Below, piece after piece: positions 24,198 through 36,480 of a DNA stretch of 64,000 nt. The notes beneath the pieces were generated by a model. It was not told where the DNA came from. It was given only the letters and a program-made list of their open reading frames with translations, and did not search any database. Source of the DNA: Lama glama (lineage: Eukaryota); contig CM052816.1 of assembly GCA_028534125.1 (NCBI GenBank), forward strand, positions 4,094,001-4,158,000, read 5' to 3'. The position numbers and the translations under genes were made by a program. How positions within the stretch are numbered: position 1 is the first letter of the stretch; each line of letters begins with the position of its first letter.

Positions 24198-24298
24198 CTG
24201 GTAGGGCTTCCTCCAGCCTCAGTTAATAGTTAATAGGTTAAGAGAACTTTCCTGGCAAATAAAGCCCTTTTCTCTTTTACTTTGTTCACTTGTACATA
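24198..24298 (-). pseudogene. Fossil exon
   Basis: attttcag|...CAG|gtatgt. Reads YVQVNKVKEKRALFARKVLLTY*LLTEAGGSPT(S); phase 2 fits the next exon. Confidence 0.5.
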
Positions 24299-25716
24299 CT
24301 GAAAATAACAAGTTCACATACTAGCAGTTGAGTTCAGATGTGAGAAAATCATCTCTGCAGCTTTGCTATTCTGAGGGAAGATTGAGTTTTACCTTCTAGG
24401 GTCAGGCCTGAGAACATGTAAATCCTAAAAGAAATCAGGAAGCCAGCCCACAGGAAACAGGCACAGGACCTAACAGATTTCATGAATCCCCGTTTCTGTC
24501 TCTTTTTTCCAATTATGTTTTGTTTGTTTGATGTTGGATTTTAAGGTTTTTGTTTGTTTCTACTCCAGGGTCATCAGCTACATCAGCTAAAAGGCAAGGC
24601 ATATGGTCTCCTAGCCTTGAAGAATCATAGAGATTGGGCACAGCCTGGAGCGCCTGTAATCATATTGGATGAACTCCTAGAAAATTTTAGCGAGAAAAGG
24701 TGCTTTTGGGGCAGAAGTTATATTCCTTACAGACACACTTTTATAGGATATTTTATTTTCTACTGACAATAACCATCCCAATTAAAAACGTGTTTTTGAG
24801 ACTAGTGGTTTGGTTTAGATGAGGATGAAGTCTTGAAATGAAAATAATTTAAATCAGTTTTCCTGGGAGTCCAGGCATGGAGCAAAGACAAAGAGAACCT
24901 GCTAGTCCAGTAGTAGGAACTGGTCGTGTCAGACCGAGGTTGCCTATAGAGAAAACACACATCTTGGTGACCCTTTCTTATGGCTTTGTTTTGCTTCCAG
25001 AAGAACTGTGACATCAATTTTCTGCTACCTCAGTTAAATGCATTTAATCATCAAAATTCTTATGTCATATTTTAATTTTTTAGTAAAAAAAATCTTTTAT
25101 TTCCCCATATTTATATTTATAACATATAGAATAAAACAGTAGTATTCAGACCACACTGGATCCACCCTGAATTCATCATCTCCAAATTTTTTGATCTTAC
25201 TCCCTTTTTCCATTATTAAACCAACAGATTCCAGCGTTAATGAAGTTACGCAATTTTCCTTGCGAGCACCCATTTTCTATACATCTAGTCTCATCAATTC
25301 AGCTTCCAAGAAGTCTCAGATAAAACTTCATCAAAAACAAACAATATGTGAAGAGCCTTAGATACCAACCAAATAATCCTCTCTTCTACCATCTTACTTT
25401 TAGTCTACAGTCCTCTGGCTTTGACGACAGAAACAGTCTATGAGCTGTTCCAAACTTTTTCTATCTTTTCTTTCCCAGTCTCTACACTTACAACATACAG
25501 ATTATACAGATTAAAAAACAATTCCAAAGAAATCTTACTGGATTTCAATCTTTATCAATTACACTCCTACTCAAAAATTTTCAGCAGGTGCCTCAATGCA
25601 TATCGATCTGAAGGCATTCAAGGCTCTCTGGGATCCAACTCTAGATTTCCCATTTATCCTCACTTTCTACTGCTTCTACTCCTGCCCCCCAGCAGTTATT
25701 TATTCCAGGAAGTTAC

Positions 25717-25992
25717 TTAAGTAAGCAGTTGGACTGCTTGGTGCACTGGCAATCTAACTTTTAAAAATCATTTAAACAAAAAGCCCAGGCTAAAAATTAA
25801 GGACAATTATTCTGAAACAAGAGTTCTTTTTTTCTTTATTTCTATTTTATATAGGATTTTATCAGGAGCCTCTTGGGAAAATACATGACCTTAACAGTTC
25901 TGTGACAACCATATGCATAAAGATAACTTATGATTTGAGAACATTTCAGCACTCTTTTGAGGAAAAGAGTCAAATCTGAGGTCCATTAACAG
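25717..25992 (-). pseudogene. Candidate first coding exon (ATG at 25986)
   Basis: Very strong acceptor tttctttctcttttttag|. One frame: MDLRFDSFPQKSAEMFSNHKLSLCIWLSQNC*GHVFSQEAPDKILYKIEIKKKRTLVSE*... Confidence 0.5.
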
Positions 25993-26284
25993 CTAAAAAA
26001 GAGAAAGAAAAAGATAAAGTCCGCAAAGTGGGAAATGATTCAAGATTGGTTTAGATGTCAGGTGTAGATCTTTCATACTAACAATAACCGTAAGAACAAT
26101 GTTTATCGCATAGGTACCATTTCTAGGCACTGTATTTCTTAGCCTGTACAAAAGCACTGCTATTTCTGTTTTACCAACAGACAAAGCTTAATAAGACAAA
26201 CCCCCTTTTCACTACTGCTTAGCACCTCAGTGGCAGAGCCGGGATATGAACCCAAATCCTGTTGCCTCTAAAGCCTGTGGGGCT

Positions 26285-26424
26285 GGGTTGGGGGACAGAG
26301 TACAGCTTAAGGTGTAGCGCGCATGCCCAAGTAGCGCGCATGCGGCCTGGGTTCAATTCCCAGCAAGTCCTCTAAGAATAAATAAATAAATAAACCTAAT
26401 TACCTCCCTCAAACAAACAAACAA
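26285..26424 (+). mobile_element. tRNA-derived SINE (camelid Vic-1-like)
   Basis: tRNA-like head (tacagctta...gggttcaattccc), (aaat)n-acctaattacctccc tail, perfect 15-bp TSD aaagcctgtggggct (26270-26284, 26425-26439). Confidence 0.85.
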
Positions 26425-26459
26425 AAAGCCTGTGGGGCTTAAAGTCACTGCATTCTCTT

Positions 26460-26940
26460 ACCTTACACACGTCACAGAGCCACGGGTAACAAACACGTGT
26501 GAAGACAGCGCAGTCCAGGTGGCACTGCCGGCTAGCAGAGTCTGATGTTTGCCGCGCGCTTGGATTTCTAAGGCAGCTTTTCTGGCAAAGGTTTAAAATA
26601 ACTTGGCTCAAGAGTTCTCAAACTTTTCTCCCTCAGCTCTCAAGTCCTTAGTTCTGAGGCTACATCCTTGCGGTAAACCAAGCCTCTTCTCACCGTGTAA
26701 GTTTCCTTAGCAGAGGAAGCAGCTAAATAAATTTGCCTTCCTTTTCCTGGTTTCTCTCCCTCTCGGCCTCTCTTTTTCTCTCCCTCTCTCCGCTTCTCTC
26801 CCCTGCTAGCTTTCTCTGTCGCCCTCTCTCCAGCTCTCTCACCCTCCTGCTCGCTTCCTCTCTCTCCGGCGCGCGCTCTCTCGTCCGCTCTCTCCCGCTC
26901 TCTCCCGACGCGGTGCACGCTGGGAAACTACCTTAATTAA
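26460..26940 (-). promoter_or_regulatory. CpG-enriched promoter and candidate non-coding first exon (~26920-26694)
   Basis: Local CpG cluster in CpG-poor surroundings; long CT/GA tract 26737-26905; donor ACG|gtgaga at 26694 pointing into the pseudogene. Confidence 0.55.
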
Positions 26941-27049
26941 ATCAACCTGTGTTGCTCTAGCCAGGGCTGGGTTTTGCTTGATTAAAACTAGCCAGCTTCA
27001 GCTGGGCCAATAATCAGTGGCCTCTCCCTCTAAACAGCAGCAACTTTAT

Positions 27050-29220
27050 TGATTTTAAAAGTAATACACTTGTAGAAATTTGGACAGTACGGGGCAGCAC
27101 AAAGAAAATGGAAATCACCTACATCCACTATTACATTTTGAAGAGTATATTTCTAATCTTTTTTTTTTCCTCTGCACAGGCAATAGATATTTTTAAAATA
27201 ACCTGTCATGGAAATTTTCAAAAATATACAAAAGCAGGCAGGCTAGTGTAAAAAAAAAAAATCCAATGCACCCATCACGCCACACAATTAATAATTCTTG
27301 GCTAAACTTATTTCATCTATACTCCTATCCAGTTTCCCCCTTCTCCAGGTTATTTTGAAGCCATCCTAGACATCATATCATTTCAACTGGAAACATTCCA
27401 TCATGTGTTTTTATAAAATAAATGTGCTTTTCATTAATCACAATCTAATACCATTATTTCACTTACACATTTAACAATAGTTTGTTCATATCATTAAACA
27501 TCCATATTTAAAATTCACCTTTCCACTGTCTCATGAATTTTCTAGGTGAACTGTTTAACTCAGGGTAAACATATGGGTTGGTGGGTCTCTTAAATCTTAC
27601 CTCCTCAAAGTGTGCAGCAACAGGCATCACCTGGGACCTTGTTAGAAATGCAGACCCTCTGCCTCCGAGACCAACTGAGGCAGAATTTGCATATTAACAA
27701 GAACCCAGGTGATGCACATGAACACTAATTAAATAAGTCTGAGGTTCACTGGGTTTCAGCCTCTTTAAACGATAGTTTCCCTCTCTTGCTTCAGCTTTCT
27801 TCTTCCAAACCTTTTTAGAAGAAACTAGAAGAAACTTGCTTGTCTCCTCAAGTTTTGCCCAGGGTAGCTAATACTCTACCCTCATGGTAAAGTTTAACAT
27901 GCCCCAACGTATCCTGTATTTAATATAAGTGGGGAATTATATCTAAAGGCTTGATCAGAATCAGGTTCATTTTGGGGGCAGGGATGACATCATAGGTAGA
28001 GGAGTCTTCTATTAAGAGGCACATAGAATCTTGTTGCCCCTTTGTGTGATGTTATCAGCTTCTGTAGATCTGTTATTGCATTAAGCATTACAGAATGGTG
28101 ACAGTCTAATTCTATCTCCTTCCTTATATACAGACTTAGCATTTTTAAAAAAGAGCATCCCTTCCTTATCAATTATTTGATTCCTCTGAGGTATCATCTG
28201 TATAAGACAGACAGGATAACTGCTTAATTTTTCCCTTTATTAGTTTTCAGAATAATGTGTTGGTTCCCAATCATACTCCAAAGGTGAATAGTTTTTTTGT
28301 TTTGTTTTGTTTTGTTTTGTTTCGTTTGTTTTGTTTTTTTAAACACTGTTATGGAGGCAGGGATGTAAATATATTTGCCATTTTCCAATCATTCCAGCTA
28401 TTACCCTTATTGAAGCTAAAACCCTCCCATCTTTGGCTGCAGGAACGTACTGAAGCTGCCTTCTGGCCCCTTCTAACATATCCTCAGTAGCCTTTGCTGG
28501 TCAGCCTGCTTCCCTGTATGACAAGATGACATATTCTGTTCATACATTTTCTAACTCAGACCTGAATCAGTCATATCTCCAAAAAGCCCAGCTTACTTAC
28601 TGGTGCTCGTTTTTTTCTAACCCCTCTCAGAGGACAGACCCACTAAATTTGTTTTGTTTCCAGAGAAAGTCACCATAAGTTCAAACTGATATTTACAAAT
28701 CAAATTCAGAACGATAGTGATTTTATTTAAACCCCTCTGTCTCACAATCATTTTGCATTTCTCATATACAAAATACCCTGGATCTCAATGACACCAACGT
28801 AACTCCCCATGTGTCCCTAATGATGGACTTGGAGGTTGTTTCCAGTCTTTTGCTATTATAAACACTGTTGCAAAAAACTGTCTTTTGTTTGCATCTTTTC
28901 ATTGTTTTGCAAATTCATCTTTAGGACAGGTTTGAAGAAGTGGTTGTTGCATCAAATGACAGGCAATACATATACTAATGGGATGCTATTATAATGCAGT
29001 GTATATTTTTACATAATACTACATCGTGAATTTAAAAAAAATTTATTAAAGTGCATCGTGAATGTTTTTTCTATACTATTAACTATTCTACTACAGTTTC
29101 ATTTTGATGGTTATGAGATAGTCCATTTAATCATTCCCTTATTACTGAGCGTCCAAACTGTTTTCTGTGGATAACAGTTTCCATCACTCTAATGACAATC
29201 CATGTAGACTGTTTCAAATC
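27050..29220 (-). mobile_element. Old L1ME-type fragments with a nested MER5A-like element (~27600-27750)
   Basis: ggttgtttccagtcttttgctattataaac and similar L1ME motifs; MER5A motif gcatcacctggga.cttgttagaaatgcaga. Confidence 0.65.
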
Positions 29221-31509
29221 TACTCGGTTATAGGCTAGTTTCCTCCCTCCCTTGATAAAACTCCTTTGACCACCCTTACACTAAGTAGGTATCAAGTCAT
29301 CACACTCCATGGATACTGCAACAAGGAGATTTTCAAAGCCACTTGCAAAGAAAGCCCAAGTGATACAGTTAAAATGAATATGAAGAACAGCATCTGACCC
29401 CAACTTTGCCACACATTCTGAGTCTCGTCTACATTTGCATTTATAGAAGTAACGTATTAGATGAAGTGATTTATAAATTCTCTTCCAGCCTTAAAAAAGA
29501 ATATAATTCAAATGGATTTTTATATACTTCAGTGTTCTCTAGGTTCTTAGAAGTCAGAGCAGTTATTCTAACTATTTATTCTTTTTTTATTCCACTAAGC
29601 ATCTAATATCATGCTTTACTTATAGTGAGGTTTATTACCTGCATGATGAATTAACTTTTCAGGCTCCCTCCTGACGGCTGAACTGGCATGTAAGGCTCAG
29701 ACTCTAGAGAAGAATCATGCCCAACTGAAGTCCTGCAAACATTTACTGACTGCTGCTTATCTACAAAGCAGTCGTGCCTGTTCAAATCTAATTTTTAGAT
29801 AAATTCGGTTTGTTAGAGTAAGTTCCCTATAAAATATATAATCTGAACATTGTCCCCTGAAACCTCCTTTCTTCACCGTCTAACAATAGTAAAGTTACAA
29901 GAGAGATGCATTCCTTTAAAATTGGGCCACTGTGACTGCTTGAACACAGATAACAATCTTCAGATCCATATTCACTTACAAGAAGAGACTTTTTTCTTTA
30001 CCTTAAATTCTAATTACATCCCTGTTCGCAATGGGCTGCTTGTGGCATTAACTGGAAGGGGAGACAGAACAGAAGCCAGAGTCTTGGATGAACACTTTTC
30101 CAGTTTTCTCCAGTGTAATTTGGAAGAGACCCAATTTAGAAGTGTCCTGCGTAGATGTCAAAGATACAAGTCACACCTTAAGGAGGAGCCATTGTTATAA
30201 GGCATCTCATCTCTGCATGGTCTATCAGACACTCCCTTATTTTGTCCTTTAAAAGAAAAGAAAGAAACAGCCTAGGGGCTGAATCCATCTGTAGGGGACT
30301 CGCAGAACAACAGAAGCCAGCACTGCTAGAGGCAAAGCACTGGAGAAAGGTTTTACTCCCAAATCACCGGAAGGCAAACATCTTGTAACTCCTTTGAGCC
30401 TAGAAATTCTTGTTTTAAATTAGTCTTGACTCCTTCTTACAGACAACAGGGTAAAGGAGAGAGGGATCAAAAGAGCTTCATTTTGAACCGTACTTATGAA
30501 CTGAGTGTGTGAAAAAAAGAAAACAAAAATAAACAAACAAAAAAACCCCACGCCTGCTGCCCAGAATTTTCCAGTTTAAACTATATTTGAGGCAGAGGGT
30601 CTGGCCCGGCTGCATATTTTGATTCTATTTTAAGAAAAAGAACAACCCACTACTATCCCTCTTTGTGTATTTCTAACATAATATAGAATTTCATAAATCA
30701 GAATAATTCAAGAGTTAATTTTTGCTTAAGAAACAAAAACCTGTTTGGAGGTCAGGAAAGTGAGAAGATAGAATCATGAATATAGGCAAGTATATGAAGA
30801 AGAAAGGCCTTTGGAAATGCTTGAATGTTGTGGTCAAATAAATACAAAGGTTTCCCAAAAGATGTGTGAGATACTCAACTACAGAAAATCCTTGTTTATC
30901 TAGCATTCAAACATCCAGACGACAGCAGCCCGCTGATAGCTGATTTTAGGACTTCTGCGCTCCAGAACTGTAGGATAGTGAATATGTATTGTTAAGCCAC
31001 CAAATTTGTGGCACTTTGTTGCAGCAGACATAGGAATCTAATGTGGCTTATAATTAAGGAGAGTTACATAGTTTATACTTTTATAGACAGTGTCCAGCAG
31101 AAGCATAAGTGAAAAAAAGCCATCAAATATGATCTACCCTGTTACTTTCTAAACTTGCCTTGGGATCAGAGTCTTATGGGGAATTTGTTATAAACACGCT
31201 ATCCCATACTTCTTCTTTATACATTCTGATTTTAAGAATTCTGGTCCAATTCAGTAAAGGAAGCCCAAGAAAGTAAGATGATGTTCCTAAGACCCCAAAT
31301 AGTTAGCAGTTGGCCAAGAGAAACACTCTGACCCTCAACCCACACTGTTCCACACTGAGCCTTTGTACTGATCATGAAAGGGCCGCCTTTTAAACAGTTT
31401 ATAGGGATAAGAGCATAATTTTGTGTTTTTTGAAAGATTAACATATTTCAACAAATCAAGTCATAAATAAAATTGGGAGAGGAACTATGCTGGATTAAAG
31501 AGTCATAAG

Positions 31510-32021
31510 GACACAGCAGCACTATTTACAATAGCCAAGACATGGGAGCAGCCTAAGTGTCCATCGACAGATGACTGGATAAAGAAGCTGTGGTATATTT
31601 ACACAATGGAATACTACTCAGCTATAAAAAAGAATAAAACAATGTCATTTGCAGCAACATGGATGGAACTGGAGATCATCATACTAAGTGAAGTCAGTCA
31701 GAAAGAAAAAGAAAAATACCATATGGTATCAATTATATGAAGACTCTGGAAAAAAGAAAAAGGACACAAATGAACCAAATCAACTTATTTAAAAATGAAC
31801 TTATTTACTAAACAGAGACAGACTCACAGACATAGAAAACAAACTTATGGTTACCAGGGGGGAAAGGAGGCAGGGAGGGGTAAATTGAAGTTTGGGATTT
31901 GTAGATACTAACTACAATACCACTATATCTAAAATAGACAAACAACTAGGTTCTACTTATAGCACAGGGAACTGTATTCAATACCTTGTCATGGCCTATA
32001 ATGAAAAAGAATATGAAAAGG

Positions 32022-32057
<36 letters not shown>

Positions 32058-32105
32058 AATGAATTATGACACTGTACACCAGAAATTAACACATTGTAAA
32101 TTAAG
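31510..32105 (+). mobile_element. L1 3' end with internal (TG)n (32025-32054)
   Basis: cagcagcactatttacaatagccaagacatgg...3'UTR. Confidence 0.9.
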
Positions 32106-32109
32106 GACC

Positions 32110-32465
32110 TATTATGGACTCAGTGTTTGTGTCCCTCCAAAATTCGTATATTGAAGCCCTAACCCCTGTGTTTGGAGATGGGACCTCTAAGGAAGTAAAT
32201 GAGTTTAAATGGTGTCATAAGGGCGGGGTTAGTGTCAGCTTGTGCCTGGGCTCGCTCTCTGCACATGTGCACATGGAGGGGCCATGTGAGCACCCACTGA
32301 GAAAGTGACCATCTATAAGCCAGGAAGACAACTCTCACCAGAAACAGAGCCTCCCAAACCCTGATCTGGGGCTTCCAGCTTCCAGGACTGCAAGAAAATT
32401 AATTCTTATTGTTAAGCCACCCAGTTTCTGGTATTTTGTTCTGCCAGCCCCAGCTGAATAAAACA
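32110..32465 (+). mobile_element. MaLR LTR (MLT1-like)
   Basis: tatggactcagtgtttgtgtccctccaaaattcgtatattgaagccctaaccc...aagccacccagtttctggtattttg. Confidence 0.85.
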
Positions 32466-33186
32466 GTCAGATGCATGTGTGGTTCTGGATTAAATACTGA
32501 TTTAGGCAAACCAGCCTTGAAGGATGTATTTGACTCAGTTGGGGAAATCTGAATGAGGTCTGGGTATCAGATGAGATGAAAGCTGAAATGGAAAAGTGAA
32601 GTTTATGAACTGAATATACACAGATCACAAAATAATATGTATAATATTATTTCGGGTTGTGAAAAATGCCAAAATGTGTGTGTATGTATAATATATATCT
32701 GGAAAGATATGCATTAAAGTATTATTGTTTAGAGCTCTCAGTGGTAGGAATGTGATTAATTCTTAATTTTGCTTGTCTGTATTCACAAATTTTCTACAAT
32801 ATACATGTACTACTTCCATAAAAATGAAGTATTATTTTAAAAAATTGATGCCAAATCCTTCTTTGGGAAAAGAAATCCTGTAAATCTATGGAACGCTTCT
32901 GATCTTCATACTTTACACTGAACCATTTCCACTGTCCCATCTTTCTCCCAATGAATCAGCCACAATTATGATCAAACAGCTGTCAGTAAGGATACCTACT
33001 AATAGATGCCCTGCTTCACAAAAAAGGAAAAGCAAGAAGCATCATCTGTCTCCTGGGTCCGAGCTTCCATTCATTTCGAGTTGAGGCAACTCATGATTCA
33101 ATCTGATTCAAACAAGACTTGCTGGGTGAATGAATCCATCCTCCCTAAGAGAGTATCCCTCTAAACATTAAAAAGGCATGTGGTAC

Positions 33187-33770
33187 TGAGGCGGGAAGTC
33201 CCATAAAAAGACCGACAGGACCCTCAAGCAGGGCCACTACTCTCATGAAGGCACCATCCAGTTCCCTGGCCCAGAGGCTCTATCTCAGTTTTTGTCTCTG
33301 AAATGGGTTACTTACCCCTAAAATTCTATTGGTTCCCTGAGCTCACTTCTGATTGGTTATTTCCTTCACTCCTGATTGGTTACTACTCTCACTTCTGATT
33401 GGTCCAGTTGTAGTACTTCATTTGCATGGAGCTCACTCCTGATTGGTCCATTCCCCTCATTCCTGATTGGTTATTTCTCTCACTCCTGATTGGTCTATTT
33501 CTACAAAGCTTGTTCCTGGTTGGTCAACTTCTGTTATACTTTATTTGCATATGATGTTGCAAAGTATAAAACTGGCAGCCTATAAAGGCCTGTGTAAACC
33601 TCCAGACAGGGTCCAGAGCATGGAGTATTAACTCCTCTCTGCCTGCTGGCATAATAAAATGATTTATTTTAGTATTCTAAATATTTAAAGTACTCTCCAA
33701 GTACTGGTTGGTCTCTTGCCTGGATCCAGGTTGCTGTCACAACTGAGCTGTAACACATTTTTCCACAACA
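33187..33770 (+). mobile_element. Solo ERV LTR (ERV1-like)
   Basis: TG...CA termini, 4-bp TSD GTAC (33183-33186, 33771-33774), tandem ATTGG boxes, TATAAA at 33581, AATAAA ~33653. Confidence 0.85.
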
Positions 33771-33968
33771 GTACCATCTTCTATTCTGACATGGAAGTAT
33801 TTAGGAAAGCATCAGACATGGCAGTAGAGGGACATGACTGAAATATGAAGTTTTAATTTTATTTTATTAACAGCCTTTATTAGTATCTAATGTGCTCAAA
33901 GCTCTAGGCTGAAACATTCCACTCCCTCTTACCTGAACTGTTTTATTCTTTCTTCCTCACCAATTATC

Positions 33969-34468
33969 NNNNNNNNNNNNNNNNNNNNNNNNNNNNNNNN
34001 NNNNNNNNNNNNNNNNNNNNNNNNNNNNNNNNNNNNNNNNNNNNNNNNNNNNNNNNNNNNNNNNNNNNNNNNNNNNNNNNNNNNNNNNNNNNNNNNNNNN
34101 NNNNNNNNNNNNNNNNNNNNNNNNNNNNNNNNNNNNNNNNNNNNNNNNNNNNNNNNNNNNNNNNNNNNNNNNNNNNNNNNNNNNNNNNNNNNNNNNNNNN
34201 NNNNNNNNNNNNNNNNNNNNNNNNNNNNNNNNNNNNNNNNNNNNNNNNNNNNNNNNNNNNNNNNNNNNNNNNNNNNNNNNNNNNNNNNNNNNNNNNNNNN
34301 NNNNNNNNNNNNNNNNNNNNNNNNNNNNNNNNNNNNNNNNNNNNNNNNNNNNNNNNNNNNNNNNNNNNNNNNNNNNNNNNNNNNNNNNNNNNNNNNNNNN
34401 NNNNNNNNNNNNNNNNNNNNNNNNNNNNNNNNNNNNNNNNNNNNNNNNNNNNNNNNNNNNNNNNNNNN
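33969..34468. other. Assembly gap (500 N)
   Basis: Run of exactly 500 N. Confidence 1.
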
Positions 34469-35219
34469 AAAGAAGTACAGGGCACTATGAGCTACGTAAG
34501 GTTAGCCCTCTTTGACAGATGAAGCAACTGAGTTTTACAAAGCTTAATATGCCCATGTTCGTATGTAGTCAAAGTAGGATCTGAAGCCCAGCTGTTCTGA
34601 CTCCCAGTTACATGGCCTGATCCCATGTCTGAGTCAATACGACATCTTCTGATACTTTATACTTAAGAGGACAAATCTAGACATGCGCTGCTTGAGGGAA
34701 TGCTTTCAAAAGATGTGGGGGAGGAATACCCATCAGAACAAGGAAAGAAAGATTTCAGAGCAAATCTCTTGGGTCTGGGTCCTGAATGCAATGCCATCCC
34801 TACTGGAAATGCATGAAAAAGAAACAGCTGCAAACCCTCTGCCACCCTCATCCTTCAGCGGAGGGTGGCTCCCAGACAAACAAAGGGAAGCATTTTTCAG
34901 CTTGACTGTGGTCTTTTGTGGGAAACAAACTGTGTTTCTTCAAGTGAGGAGTCCGGCAGGAGACGGGAACTGCTCAAAACTGGCAGGGCATACCTAAATA
35001 CCTCTGAGCGGTGGAGGAGGAACACGCCCCTGCAGGGGGTTTCGGCAAACTCCACCAGCTCCTTTTGGGTAGAAAGATGCAGTTTTCCCTGGGTAGACAC
35101 GCGGTGAGGGAAGGATCCTGTCTTGTACTGAGCAGTTTTATCTGGCTGGCATCCTTGATCGGAGACACCAAACCAAGCGGTCTAGAAAATTGGCCATGTG
35201 GGGCTATAAAAAGAGACTG

Positions 35220-35500
35220 TGTTGACTCACAGACACAGAAAACAAACTATGGTTACCAAACAGGAAAGGGCAGGAGAGGGATAAATCAGGAGTTCGGGAT
35301 TAGCAGATATGCATTACTATGCATAAAACAGATAAACAACAAGGACCTGTTGTAGAGCACAGGGAAATCTTAGAATAACAGTAATGGAAAAGAATGCAAA
35401 AAGAAAAAATACATATGCGTGTGTATGTATACCTGAACTGCTGTGCTGTACACCTGAAACTAACATTTGTAAATCAACTGCACTTCATTTAAAAAAAGGA
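35220..35500 (+). mobile_element. L1 3' end
   Basis: gactcacagacacagaaaacaaact...gtaaatcaactgcacttcatttaaaaaaa. Confidence 0.85.
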
Positions 35501-36239
35501 GAGTCTGTGCTTTGGACTCCTCATCTTAATGTTAGTTCCAAAGATGCCAGGGTCTTTGGTCTGTTTTTGTTCACTGCTGTACTCTGTACACAGAATAGTG
35601 TCTTGCACGTAGTAGGTGCTCACTACTATTGGATGGATGGATGGGTGGATGAGTCCTAGTTTCCAATCTGTGAATGTAGGACAGCTACTTTGCCTCACTG
35701 GGCCTTGGCTTTCTCATCTATTAAATGGGAGCATTTAGCTACATGATTTTTATCCCTTCCAACAAATTTCGGAATTGTATGCTCCAAGGTGTATACTTCA
35801 GGTTAAGGATCCACCCATAGGTAGGGGGAGTCTGAGTATCAAGGCATATTTCTATGTGCCCAACTAGAGCATAACGGTTCACTTACGGCATAGTCATGAA
35901 ACAGAAAATAAATTGCCATTGACATTGATATTATAGGAGTTTATTTACTGGCAAGGAAATTGATCATGGTACTGCTAATTTTTTTAAGAATTATAAAACA
36001 GCATAAACAGTATAGTATAATCCATGTGTGTATAAATGTGCAGGCTTAGAGAGAAATCTGAAAAGATATATACTAACATGTTAGCAGTGCCTATCACTGG
36101 ATAGTGGACTTACAGGTGAGTTTATTTTTTTTTATAATTATTTGTATCACCTAATTTTCCCCTTGACTCTGTGTTGTCATATAGTATAAATAGGTATAAT
36201 GACATAGCATCTATTAAGCTCCAAAACCTTCGCTAGTGA

Positions 36240-36480
36240 GGCGCTATAATGTAGGAGTTAGGGGATGGGCTCTGGAATCAGAAAACCTGGTTCAAATCCT
36301 GGTTAAGCCCCTGAGTTACTGTGTGACCGCAAGTAAGTTACTCAACCTCTCTCAGCTTCAGTTTCCTCTCCTATAAAACAAACAGTAATACCCAACTCAT
36401 AAAGTGGCACTGTGTATAAAACAGGCCATCTATGCAAAGTGCCTGGCACACATTATACTTTCCATCAACGTTAGTTACCA
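36240..36480 (+). mobile_element. MIR
   Basis: ggctctggaatcaga...ggttcaaatcctgg...cttcagtttcctctcctataaaa, MIR core. Other MIRs lie near 11020, 14000, 21760, 39560, 44640, 46850, 50670, 55660 and 57050. Confidence 0.8.

Larger units (their letters stand above)
7..26920 (-). pseudogene. Decayed multi-exon pseudogene, putative distant GREB1/GREB1L-like paralog (SF2-helicase-like module + TAGT glycosyltransferase-like domain); continues past the left edge
   Basis: About 25-30 minus-strand segments with AG/GT ends, many phase-matched, introns as short as 76-114 bp, protein-like translations with scattered stops and frameshifts. Motif order is collinear with recalled GREB1. Pseudogene status is well supported; the family assignment is an inference. 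Confidence 0.75.

Noticed and set aside
24393..24424. MFSGLTLE mini-exon resembling the mouse TIM-3 N-terminus
   Set aside because: A seven-residue coincidence with no signal peptide or Ig exons. It may be a small pseudogene exon, but the frame is unclear.
7..26000. In-frame TGA codons as selenocysteine or readthrough
   Set aside because: TAA and TAG stops, frameshifts and an exonic L1 are also present, so ordinary decay explains them.
7..26920. Calling the locus GREB1 or GREB1L
   Set aside because: Similarity is motif-level only, and the conserved MGNSYAGQLK-type N-terminus is not seen.
33320..33530. Regularly spaced repeats as a CRISPR-like array
   Set aside because: They are degenerate tandem CCAAT units inside an LTR in mammalian DNA, with no unique spacers or cas genes.
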